From assembly GCA_028688375.1 (NCBI GenBank), contig JAQTYG010000002.1, positions 3,841 through 67,840 of the forward strand: a DNA stretch of 64,000 bases. Direction: 5' to 3'. Position 1 is the stretch's first letter. Each line of letters begins with the position of its first letter. A program made the position numbers and the translations under genes. This stretch comes from Patescibacteria group bacterium (GTDB lineage: Bacteria; Patescibacteriota; Patescibacteriia; Magasanikbacterales; GWA2-37-8). Positions 55,572-64,000 of this stretch are shown here, piece after piece. The notes beneath the pieces were generated by a model, which did not search any database, was not told the origin of the DNA, and saw only the letters and a list, made by a program, of their open reading frames with translations.

Positions 55572-57509
55572 TTACCTCCACCCCCATTTTGTTTTTATAT
55601 ACCACTGATCCAGCCCGTTGAAGCGGTCGGGTGGAGAAAAAATTCTGTTTACTTCCACGCCTTTTACGTCCCGGTCAATCAGATAGTTGTAAGTCGGGCT
55701 GTATAAGAATATCGCCGGTATTTCTTTGATTAAAGTATCTTGAAATTCATGGTAAATTTTTTCTCGGCTTTTCACGTCATTGGTCACCCGCGCTTCTTCC
55801 AACATTTTGTCGGCATTGCGGTTGGAAAACATGGCCAGGTTCAGTCCCGGGTAATCGGTTTGCGAGGAATGCCAAAACGGATAGGGATCCGGGTCGTCGC
55901 CTAAAATTTCGCCGTACAAAAGGATTTCGTAATTCCTGTCTTTGAGCGCTTCCCGGCTAACTTGTTTGCCGGCGATGGCCTGAATGCTGGTGGGGATGCC
56001 GATCGCGCGCCATAATCGAGCGATGGTCTCGGCCGCTTGGCGGTATTCCGGCGTGTCCGCCGTGGTAATAGTCAAAGTCAGCAAGTTGCCTTTTTTATCC
56101 TGGCGATAAAATGTTTGGTCCGGGCGCATATCGTTGCGAATTGAGCCTTCCACTTCGGCGGTCAACTCAGCCAGCAGGGTGGTAGAATTCGTCTCGTATT
56201 CCGGCAGGTTTTTTATTTCCTCAGTTCGCGCCTTTAACGTAGCGGCGCGTTGCGCGTTAAAATATTCTTCCGGAGTGACGCGCGTCCAATTTTTATCCAA
56301 AAGTTTGTTGGCTTCGTCCGGATTGAATTCATTTTTTTTGATATCCGGATAATAACCGGTGAACCCGGCTAAGATCGGCGCTTCGATTACTTCACCGCGT
56401 CCGCCCAGCGCTTCATCCACCACGGTTTTTTTGTTGATCGCCTGGCTCAAAGCCAAACGCACGTCGCTATCTTTAAGGGCGGCTTGTTCGCCTTGATTAA
56501 AAAACAAAGCGGTATATTGCGGGATGTGAAGAGTGTAGTTGACTAAATTTTTGCCGGCGTATTTTTCTTCCAAGTCGCGCGGAAGAAAGCCAATCGCCAT
56601 TACTTCCTTGGCGTGCAAATCCTCGGCCGCTTGGGCGTAGTCCTGGTAAAATTTAAAAGTGATATTTTTAATGTACGGTATTTGGCCGAAATATTTTTCG
56701 TTTTTGGTTAAAATATATGTTTGGATGGCGGCGTCGTTTTTAATTAACTTGGAAAACGTCCAGGCGCCGGAAGTAATTTGTGGTTGTAAATTTTCTTTGG
56801 CTAAGCGTAAATTGTTGTTGGGAATTTCCACGAAAATATGTTCGGGGATAATGCCAACAGTCAATGAACTTAAAAATGGCGCGTAGGGTTCTTTGAGAGT
56901 GAAGCTCACTTCAAAGTCGCCGACCCGGGTCAAAGTGACACCCTGGAAAGACGGGTAAAGCGGGCTGTTAGTTTCCGGATTTTGGATAGTTTCAAAAGTA
57001 AAGACCACATCGTCGGCGTCGATTTTTTCTCCATCGGTCCAAACGGCGTCTTCACGGAGTTTAATGGTATAAACTTTGCGGTCGTCGCTGATGGTATAGG
57101 CAGCGGCCAATTCCGGCACCAACTTTTGCGACGGGCTATAGCCGAATAAACCGGCGTAAAGCAAGGGAGAAATGTCAGCGTCCACGTCATTAGCCGGCGC
57201 GAAGATCGGGTTGATTAGTTTCGGCTGGCCGACCAGCGCCTCAATAAATTCACCACCCGGTTTGGGCAAAGTGGTGTGGTGTTTGGAAAAAACCACGCCG
57301 CCCCAGGAAATTAAGGTGATAATAATGACCGCAATGGCGCCGTTGATGGCGATTTTTTCTTTTTTGTCCAAAAAACGACCGAGGTAGCGCAATTGCGCGA
57401 AGCTCGGCCAGAGCCGGCGGTGAAGATTGAACATCATTTTTTTGTCCGAATCATGAACCAACGGCTTCGGCTCATTTTTTAATGGCCTAAATAATCTATG
57501 CCAATTCAT
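55572..57509 (-). CDS. ABC transporter substrate-binding protein, family 5 (peptide/nickel)
   Basis: SBP_bac_5 architecture; start set to MNWHRL to avoid overlap with secG; N-terminal TM anchor. Confidence 0.75.
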   Translation of the reverse strand: MNWHRLFRPLKNEPKPLVHDSDKKMMFNLHRRLWPSFAQLRYLGRFLDKKEKIAINGAIAVIIITLISWGGVVFSKHHTTLPKPGGEFIEALVGQPKLINPIFAPANDVDADISPLLYAGLFGYSPSQKLVPELAAAYTISDDRKVYTIKLREDAVWTDGEKIDADDVVFTFETIQNPETNSPLYPSFQGVTLTRVGDFEVSFTLKEPYAPFLSSLTVGIIPEHIFVEIPNNNLRLAKENLQPQITSGAWTFSKLIKNDAAIQTYILTKNEKYFGQIPYIKNITFKFYQDYAQAAEDLHAKEVMAIGFLPRDLEEKYAGKNLVNYTLHIPQYTALFFNQGEQAALKDSDVRLALSQAINKKTVVDEALGGRGEVIEAPILAGFTGYYPDIKKNEFNPDEANKLLDKNWTRVTPEEYFNAQRAATLKARTEEIKNLPEYETNSTTLLAELTAEVEGSIRNDMRPDQTFYRQDKKGNLLTLTITTADTPEYRQAAETIARLWRAIGIPTSIQAIAGKQVSREALKDRNYEILLYGEILGDDPDPYPFWHSSQTDYPGLNLAMFSNRNADKMLEEARVTNDVKSREKIYHEFQDTLIKEIPAIFLYSPTYNYLIDRDVKGVEVNRIFSPPDRFNGLDQWYIKTKWGWR

Positions 57510-57537
57510 GGTGTGTTTTTTACCGAGAAGACCGTCT

Positions 57538-57756
57538 TTAGAGGAAAAGACGGAGCAAAGAGAGTCCGAAGAAAATAATGGCGACCACAATGGTCACGTA
57601 AAAAAGTATTTTATCAACGCCTCTCTTGGTGCTGTAGACATTAGAAGAACCGCCGAAAGCAGCGCCCAGACCCGAGCCCTTCTGTTGCAATAAAATCGCT
57701 AAAACCAGCACAATAGAGACGATAAATTGGATAATATTTAGGATGAAATCTTGCAT
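57538..57756 (-). CDS. secG: preprotein translocase subunit SecG
   Basis: 72 aa, two TM segments with LLQQKGSGLGAAFGGSS motif. Confidence 0.75.
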   Translation of the reverse strand: MQDFILNIIQFIVSIVLVLAILLQQKGSGLGAAFGGSSNVYSTKRGVDKILFYVTIVVAIIFFGLSLLRLFL

Positions 57757-58043
57757 ACCGAAAAATTAAAATCAAGTAGAAACATTATACCATATTAGGT
57801 GATAAATGTCAAATATCCAATATCCAATTTCCAATAAATTCCCAAGCCAGTCGAAAACCCCAAACTCCAATGTTCAATGACCAAATAAATTCCAAACCCC
57901 AATTTAATGATTGCCACCGGATTGGGCGTTAGAACTTGGGGTTTATTTGGGATTTGGCGATTGGTCATTGGGATTTCGCAAATTGTCCGTCTTGTTTTCT
58001 TGTGCTATACTTAACAAGAAGAAGTTTTTGATATTTTTTTATT

Positions 58044-58793
58044 ATGGCGCCAGCTTACGTCAAAATTCATTGGTTTAAAACCTGGTGGGGGATTACCATC
58101 ATTGCTTTTTTATGTTTTTTAATCGCCGCGGCCTTGGCTTTTACGGCGCTTATTTTTAATTATTGGAAAACGATTAAATCCGGGCAGGGCGCGCTTTTGC
58201 AACAAAAATTCGGCGCGCAGTACGGCCAGGCCCAAACCGAGGATCCGGCGGTGGTGCTGGCGCGTAAAGAATTGGAGACTGCCGATGACCCTTATTTAGG
58301 CAACGCGACCGCCGATACGGTTATCGTGGAATTCAGTGACTTTAAATGTCCGATTTGCAAGGCGGAAGCGCCGGTTTTACAGCAACTGGCCGGCAAGTAT
58401 GGTTATAAAATAAAAATAATTGTTCGTGATTTCGCCATGGAGTCGGTGCATACCGGCGCGTCGCGCTTGGCCGAGGTGGCTTCTTGCGCCAACGAGCAAG
58501 GCGGTTATTGGCTGTTCTCTGATTATTTTTTCGCCAATCAGGATAGTTTGGGCGCGGATTTTAACAGCGCGGCGGTGGATCGGCTGGTGGATGAATACGG
58601 TTTGGACAAAAGCAAAATGCGGAATTGTTTGGAGACCGGCCGGGGCCGGATTGAAGCGAGCAAGGACTATACCGACGGTTATAAAAACGGTGTCAGCCGA
58701 GGCACGCCGACTTTTTTCGTGAACGGACACAAGCTGGAAGGTTTTGTTTCGTTGGAAACTTGGGAAAAAGTATTTAAAGAGGCGGGGATTTAA
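58044..58793 (+). CDS. DsbA-family thiol:disulfide oxidoreductase (membrane-anchored)
   Basis: thioredoxin active site FKCPICKAEAP, N-terminal TM. Confidence 0.75.
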   Translation: MAPAYVKIHWFKTWWGITIIAFLCFLIAAALAFTALIFNYWKTIKSGQGALLQQKFGAQYGQAQTEDPAVVLARKELETADDPYLGNATADTVIVEFSDFKCPICKAEAPVLQQLAGKYGYKIKIIVRDFAMESVHTGASRLAEVASCANEQGGYWLFSDYFFANQDSLGADFNSAAVDRLVDEYGLDKSKMRNCLETGRGRIEASKDYTDGYKNGVSRGTPTFFVNGHKLEGFVSLETWEKVFKEAGI

Positions 58794-58810
58794 AAATAAT
58801 TGAGGCGGTT

Positions 58811-60244
58811 ATGTCTAAAAAAATAATTATCATTTTTTTTCTGGCCATATCGGTTTTTTGGCCGACCATTGTTTTTGGCCAAGCCCAGACCTCCGCTACG
58901 AATCCGCTCTGTTGGACCAAAGAGCTTTGCAAGCAAGAGCGAGACAAGTATGGCGTCTCCGGCGCAGACAGTGGCTGGGTCCAAGAAGAACCATGCCTCG
59001 GTGATTGGGGGAAGTGTTTGCCGGGCGCCGTGACAAAAGCGGAGGTTTCTTTCGGTGGTAGCAGCCAGTTTACCGATATCGGTCAATATATTAAGACCAT
59101 CTATAATTATTCCTTGGTGATTATCGGTATATTAGCCACAGTGATAATTATTATTTCCGGCGCTCAATGGATAACTTCGGCCGGCAACACCGAAACTATC
59201 AGCAGCGCAAAAAAGAAAATTACCGGAGCGGTGATCGGTTTGGTTATTGCTTATATGTCTTATAATATTTTGAACAGTATCAATCCGGCTACGGTAAATT
59301 TGCGCTTGCCGCAGGTTTGGCTATTACGCAGTGTTCCTTTGCCACCCAAGTGGTGCCAGGAAGTGCAGCTACAAGTCGCAGGAGCGTCCTTGCCGGATGC
59401 TTTTAAAGTAACTAAAGAATATGTAAAGTTTGCCAAAGACCAATATAACACCAATCTTTCTCCTGATGTACCATTTAAGCAGAGCGAAACACTGTGTGGA
59501 GTGCAGTTTGAGTCGCCGGCCGGCGGTTACTGTTTTGGCAGTGTTTGCGACGGCCTGTCGCCGAGCAGCAATGATGCGGATATCAAAAATAAAATTTGCG
59601 GCAAGGATTTTCCCTGCGCCTGTTATCCAAAAAAATCCAGCAGTGATATGTCCATCAATGTCTGTCAGCCGTCAAGTTTGGGTGGAACAATAAATATGAA
59701 TGGGAAAAATAAAATTGAGGATTGGTATGTTGACTATATAACATTGTACGCTCTGTGCCATGTCGGCGAACAATATTCTGTGCGGAGAGTCGATTATTCT
59801 GACCCGGATGAGGACAATGCGGATTATGGATTAACTGCTCACACTGATAATAATGCTGATTGCGCTTTTGCTCCTGGCTCCGGCGGCAGCCAAGGTGGCA
59901 CGCCTTTATTATCCGGATATTTTTTGGCGGTTGAAGTAAACGACGCCGGCTCTGTCATATCCCAAGATGATACCTGGGTTTTGGGGAAAAAATCATGCGG
60001 CAATGGCGGCAAACCAATAGTCGGGGCGAACATGGCGAGCTTCGCGCCCCTGGCAGACCCGTCTAATGCGAAAGAATATACGCTTACACTTGGCGTTATG
60101 GCGGAAATGATGGCCGGAGGCGATTTGTGGGGCGCTTCGGATTTAGCGAAAGGAGTTACCTGCGACATCGTTACGAACGTTCCCCCATACAATATCGGTC
60201 TAGAAAACTCAGACCTTAAAGACGGTGTTTTTTATCGCCCTTAG
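58811..60244 (+). CDS. secreted Cys-rich protein with TrbC/VirB2-pilin-like double-TM segment
   Basis: signal peptide; paired hydrophobic helices separated by a short polar loop (residues about 100-160); about 25 Cys in C-terminal 300 aa. Confidence 0.4.
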   Translation: MSKKIIIIFFLAISVFWPTIVFGQAQTSATNPLCWTKELCKQERDKYGVSGADSGWVQEEPCLGDWGKCLPGAVTKAEVSFGGSSQFTDIGQYIKTIYNYSLVIIGILATVIIIISGAQWITSAGNTETISSAKKKITGAVIGLVIAYMSYNILNSINPATVNLRLPQVWLLRSVPLPPKWCQEVQLQVAGASLPDAFKVTKEYVKFAKDQYNTNLSPDVPFKQSETLCGVQFESPAGGYCFGSVCDGLSPSSNDADIKNKICGKDFPCACYPKKSSSDMSINVCQPSSLGGTINMNGKNKIEDWYVDYITLYALCHVGEQYSVRRVDYSDPDEDNADYGLTAHTDNNADCAFAPGSGGSQGGTPLLSGYFLAVEVNDAGSVISQDDTWVLGKKSCGNGGKPIVGANMASFAPLADPSNAKEYTLTLGVMAEMMAGGDLWGASDLAKGVTCDIVTNVPPYNIGLENSDLKDGVFYRP

Positions 60245-60358
60245 AGCGTCGGCTCACCCGCGCTCTTGACGTATTGCCAGAATAGTGGTAGTATGAGTTG
60301 CCAAATATTTTTATTTTGATTTGGCCCGCTGTTTCAGCGGCAATACGGGTCATAATAT

Positions 60359-63160
60359 ATGCCGGAAAAAATCGTCATCAAGGGCGCTCGCGTGCACAAT
60401 TTAAAAAATGTTGATATTGATATCCCGAAGAATAAGTTTGTGGTGATTACCGGTTTGTCCGGTTCGGGAAAATCGTCTTTGGCGTTTGATACTATTTACG
60501 CCGAGGGCCAGCGCCGTTATGCCGAATCGCTGTCTTCCTATGCCCGCCAGTTTATGGAGGTGCGAGACAAGCCGGATATTGATTCCGTGGTGGGTTTGTC
60601 GCCGACCATCGCCATTGACCAGCGCGCTTCCACGCAAAATCCCCGTTCCACCGTCGGTACGGTGACGGAAGTTTACGATTATCTGCGTTTGCTTTTCGCC
60701 CGCGCCGGCGAACAATTTTGTCCGGATTGCGGCGTTAAGGTTAATGTTTTTACCGCCGGAGAAATCACGGAAAAAGTGCGACAACTCGCCAGAAAAAATG
60801 GCGAGCTTTTAATTTTATCGCCTTTGGTGCGCGACCAGAAAGTTGAAGCGAAAGCGTTGATTGAAGAAGTGGAACAATCCGGTTTGGATACGGTTTGGCT
60901 GGACGGCGACTTGATAAAAATAAACGAATTGGCGGATTTTGTTTTTGACCCGAAAAAAAGTTATCGCGTCGGTTTGTTAGTCGGAAAAATTGATGACGTC
61001 AAAAAACAAGACCCGAACAAAATGGTGGAGACGGCGATTGACTTGAGCAACGGCCTGGTGGATTTGGTGATTAAAAATAAATTGGAAACTTATTCCACTT
61101 TCGGCCTGTGTCCGAAATGCGGGGCGACCATGCCGGCGCCGGATATCCGTAATTTTTCTTTCAACAGTCCGCTGGGCGCCTGCCCGCGTTGTACCGGTCT
61201 CGGCATTACTATGGAAGTGGATACGGATTTGGTGATTCCCAATCGCCGTTTGACTTTGGCCGAAGGCGCCATTCAGCCCTGGACGCGCATCACCGGCAAT
61301 CAGACTTGGTATCAGAAAATTTTGTCCGCCCTCGCCAAACGGCATGGTTTTTCTATGGATACGCCGGCTGGTGATTTGTCCAAAAGCGCTTTAGAGATAA
61401 TTTTGCACGGCACCGGCCAGGAGCCTTATGATGTGGAGGGAAAGAAAGTTGTTTTTAACGGCGTGGTGGAAGACCTGCGGGCGCGCCACTTGGCCACCGA
61501 TTCCGATTATGTGCGCAAAGAAATTGAACAATACATGCGCGAGCAAGTTTGTTCGCTGTGTTTGGGTAAGCGGTTGAAAAAAGAATCTTTGGCGGTAAAA
61601 GTGAAAGAAAAAAATATTGCTGAAGTGTCGGCGATGAATATTGAAGAGAGCGTCGGATTTTTTAAAGATTTGAATGGCGCGAAAAATAAAGAAACCAGAA
61701 ACAGTTTGGTCATCGCGCCGATTGTAAAAGAAATCAATAGTCGTTTGAGCAATCTCACTTCGGTCGGGCTGGATTATCTAAGTTTGGATCGGTCGATGAA
61801 CACTTTATCCGGCGGCGAGGTGACCCGGGTGCGATTGTCCACTCAGTTGTCGTCCGGTTTGACCGGCGTGGTCTATATTTTGGACGAACCGTCGGTTGGT
61901 TTGCATCCGCGTGATATAAAAAAATTAATTGATACTTTGAAATATTTGCGCGACCTGGGCAATTCGGTGATTGTGGTGGAGCACGATGCCGCCGTGATGA
62001 ACGCCGCCGATTATATCATTGATGTCGGCCCGGGCGCCGGCGTTTATGGCGGTGAAATCGTGGCCAAGGGCACGCTGGCGGAGATTAAAAAATCAAAAAA
62101 TTCTTTGACCGGCGATTATTTGTCCGGCCGGACGAAAGTAAAACGCATCACGCCGAAAAAAATAAAAGAAACCGGCAAAAAAATCCGCATTGTCGGCGCC
62201 AGCGCGTTCAATCTGAAAAATATCACCGTTAATATTCCGCTCAGCAAATTGGTGTGCGTGACCGGCGTGTCCGGTTCGGGCAAGTCCACTTTGATCGTGG
62301 AAATTTTGAGCAAAGCCCTGTCTAAACATTTTTATCGCGCCAAGGAAGAACCGGGCGCTCACAAAAGCATTGAGGGTATCAACAATATTGATAAAGTAAT
62401 CGCCATTGACCAGTCGCCGATCGGACGCACCCCACGCTCCAATCCCGCCACTTATACCGGCGTGTTCACTTTGATTCGCGACCTGTTTTCTTCTCTGCCG
62501 GAAGCCAAAATGCGCCGCTACGACGCGGGTAAATTCAGCTTTAACGTCAAAGGCGGCGGCCGTTGCGAGGCCTGCGCCGGCGAGGGCTACGTTCGCATCC
62601 CGATGCAATTTTTGGCCGATGTGTTTGTTACCTGCAACGAGTGCGGCGGTTCGCGCTACAATCAGGAAGCGCTGGAGATCCATTATCAAGGGAAAAATAT
62701 TTCCGATATTTTGAACATGACAGTGGAAGAGGCCTATAAATTTTTTAGTTCCGACCGGCAGATCGCCCAAAAATTAAATGTTTTGCGCGATGTCGGTTTA
62801 AGTTATTTACAGCTCGGCCAGCCGGCCACCACTTTGTCCGGCGGTGAAGCTCAACGCATCAAATTGGCGACGGAGTTGTCGCGCGCTTCCACCGGCAAGA
62901 CGCTGTATATTTTAGACGAGCCGACCACGGGTTTGCATTTTGAAGATATTTCCCGTTTGCTCCAGGTGCTGGAGCAACTAGTGGAGAAGGGGAATACGGT
63001 GTTGATTATTGAACACAACATTGACGTGATAAAAAATTGCGATTGGGTAATTGAGCTTGGTCCGGATGGCGGTAAGCACGGGGGTGAATTAGTGGCCGAA
63101 GGGCCGGCCGACAAATTGATAAAGAATAAAAAATCTTGGACAGGAAAGTATTTGAAATAA
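60359..63160 (+). CDS. uvrA: excinuclease ABC subunit A
   Basis: two ABC ATPase modules ([24 protein letters not shown]), zinc fingers CPxCxG, 933 aa. Confidence 0.95.
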   Translation: MPEKIVIKGARVHNLKNVDIDIPKNKFVVITGLSGSGKSSLAFDTIYAEGQRRYAESLSSYARQFMEVRDKPDIDSVVGLSPTIAIDQRASTQNPRSTVGTVTEVYDYLRLLFARAGEQFCPDCGVKVNVFTAGEITEKVRQLARKNGELLILSPLVRDQKVEAKALIEEVEQSGLDTVWLDGDLIKINELADFVFDPKKSYRVGLLVGKIDDVKKQDPNKMVETAIDLSNGLVDLVIKNKLETYSTFGLCPKCGATMPAPDIRNFSFNSPLGACPRCTGLGITMEVDTDLVIPNRRLTLAEGAIQPWTRITGNQTWYQKILSALAKRHGFSMDTPAGDLSKSALEIILHGTGQEPYDVEGKKVVFNGVVEDLRARHLATDSDYVRKEIEQYMREQVCSLCLGKRLKKESLAVKVKEKNIAEVSAMNIEESVGFFKDLNGAKNKETRNSLVIAPIVKEINSRLSNLTSVGLDYLSLDRSMNTLSGGEVTRVRLSTQLSSGLTGVVYILDEPSVGLHPRDIKKLIDTLKYLRDLGNSVIVVEHDAAVMNAADYIIDVGPGAGVYGGEIVAKGTLAEIKKSKNSLTGDYLSGRTKVKRITPKKIKETGKKIRIVGASAFNLKNITVNIPLSKLVCVTGVSGSGKSTLIVEILSKALSKHFYRAKEEPGAHKSIEGINNIDKVIAIDQSPIGRTPRSNPATYTGVFTLIRDLFSSLPEAKMRRYDAGKFSFNVKGGGRCEACAGEGYVRIPMQFLADVFVTCNECGGSRYNQEALEIHYQGKNISDILNMTVEEAYKFFSSDRQIAQKLNVLRDVGLSYLQLGQPATTLSGGEAQRIKLATELSRASTGKTLYILDEPTTGLHFEDISRLLQVLEQLVEKGNTVLIIEHNIDVIKNCDWVIELGPDGGKHGGELVAEGPADKLIKNKKSWTGKYLK

Positions 63161-63164
63161 TTTA

Positions 63165-63208
63165 ATAATTAAAAAATCCGCCCCGCAAAATGTGGGACGG
63201 ATTTTTTA
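63165..63208. terminator. bidirectional intrinsic terminator
   Basis: aaaaaatccgccccgc-aaaatg-tgggacggattttttaattt. Confidence 0.7.
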
Positions 63209-63214
63209 ATTTGT

Positions 63215-63589
63215 TTATTTAGTTTCTTCCATTCTCCGTTTGAATTTCGGATCACGCAGGAAGTGCAATTTGGCGCGTCGAACGGCCAATTGTTTCACCA
63301 CTTCTATTTTGGCCACCACCGGAGATTGGAGCGGAAATATTTTTTCCACGCCGATCCCGTCGGAGATTTTTCTTACCGTGATGGTCGCGCCCGATTCTTT
63401 GCCGTGTTTGGCGGCGATAATCGTGCCTTCATAAATCTGAATACGCTCTTTTTCTTCACCCTTGGTATTCATTTCTTTGATTTTTTGATGGACTTTTACG
63501 ACCATGCCCGGCTTGTAGACAATGGATTGTGTTTCAGTCATATTTAAAAAGGAATAAGGAATAAAGAATAAGGAATAATTGAGTGTCAA
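63215..63589 (-). CDS. rplS: 50S ribosomal protein L19
   Basis: bL19-like (VHQKIKE...[14 protein letters not shown]...[21 protein letters not shown]). Confidence 0.8.
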   Translation of the reverse strand: MTLNYSLFFIPYSFLNMTETQSIVYKPGMVVKVHQKIKEMNTKGEEKERIQIYEGTIIAAKHGKESGATITVRKISDGIGVEKIFPLQSPVVAKIEVVKQLAVRRAKLHFLRDPKFKRRMEETK

Positions 63590-63598
63590 TATATTAGC

Positions 63599-64000
63599 TT
63601 AATTTGGCTTTTGTGTCAAGGGTTTCCCCGCGGGTGCTTTTATAAATTTCTTTAGGATTTTAAGCGTTTTGTTCACCGCCAGCCCCATCCGGCCATCGGG
63701 GTTTACCACCGTATAATCATAATATTTTTGTTCTTTCATCTCCCGGCGGGCGTTTTTTATGCGTTTTTTTATCTCAATTTCAGTGATGGTCGGGTCGCGC
63801 CGGATGAAGCGTTTTTTAAGCACTCGGAGGCTGTCCGGCTTAATAAATATGCCCAACACTTGATGGGGCGGAAAAGCCCGGCGGTAAGAAAGGAGGCCGC
63901 GTTTTTCCAGATTGCCAATCAGATTTATGCCTTGAGCCAATTTTTTTTCAATTTGTTTTTTTATCGTGCCGTAATAAACATTGCGGTTGGGGATTCCAAT
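63599..64000 (-). CDS. gmk: guanylate kinase, C-terminal part (gene continues past window end)
   Basis: C-terminal gmk pattern EIKKRIKNARREMKEQKYYDYTVVN; reading frame stays open to nt 64000 (VYYGTIKKQIEKKLAQGINL), so MAQG is internal. Confidence 0.65.
   Translation of the reverse strand: MGIPNRNVYYGTIKKQIEKKLAQGINLIGNLEKRGLLSYRRAFPPHQVLGIFIKPDSLRVLKKRFIRRDPTITEIEIKKRIKNARREMKEQKYYDYTVVNPDGRMGLAVNKTLKILKKFIKAPAGKPLTQKPN

Overview
64-kb fragment of a small-genome, low-GC (about 48-52% GC) bacterium using the standard genetic code. The gene content (FemAB-like enzyme, type IV pilus ATPase, many small ORFans, multiple short repeat families) is compatible with a Patescibacteria/CPR-like organism, but that is inference. 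Housekeeping genes recognised from motifs: rnc, nusB, rpmF, gyrA, rpsA, ftsH, pilB/gspE, thrS, miaB, miaA, three GT4 glycosyltransferases plus a polyprenyl-phosphate sugar transferase, RNase P RNA, RNase J, secG, a DsbA-like oxidoreductase, uvrA, rplS and a truncated gmk. Four tRNAs were read by eye: Arg-TCG, Lys-CTT, Arg-CCG and Leu-CAG. No CRISPR array is present.

The main finding is a diversity-generating retroelement at 17.3-19.9 kb. It has a reverse transcriptase with the DGR-type SQ motif, an adenine-biased template/variable repeat pair, AAC codons in the template, a GC-rich target gene and an Avd-like gene on the opposite strand. A second notable pattern is a set of GC-anomalous (57-68% GC) monocistronic ORFan cassettes. 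Each has its own near-consensus sigma70 promoter, long leader and terminator, and two of them carry near-identical promoters. They lie at 7.9-9.35 kb, 17.3-18.2 kb, 21.3-22.1 kb, 31.5-33.8 kb and 40.4-41.0 kb. Small hairpin repeats flank two of them, and a covarying hairpin followed by CTCCAATTACC lies 3' of both genes in the 31.5-33.8 kb cassette.

Other observations: an ECF-sigma locus with Cys/Gly-rich membrane proteins next to a C39-like peptidase; short oligonucleotide tandem repeats inserted in-frame into conserved genes; an SRP-RNA-like GC-rich element between two tRNAs; an 18-bp inverted-repeat hairpin immediately 3' of rnc; an archaeal-type endonuclease Q-like gene; and a 23-codon poly-Lys micro-ORF with a strong ribosome-binding site. 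All calls come from reading the sequence; no database searches were run.
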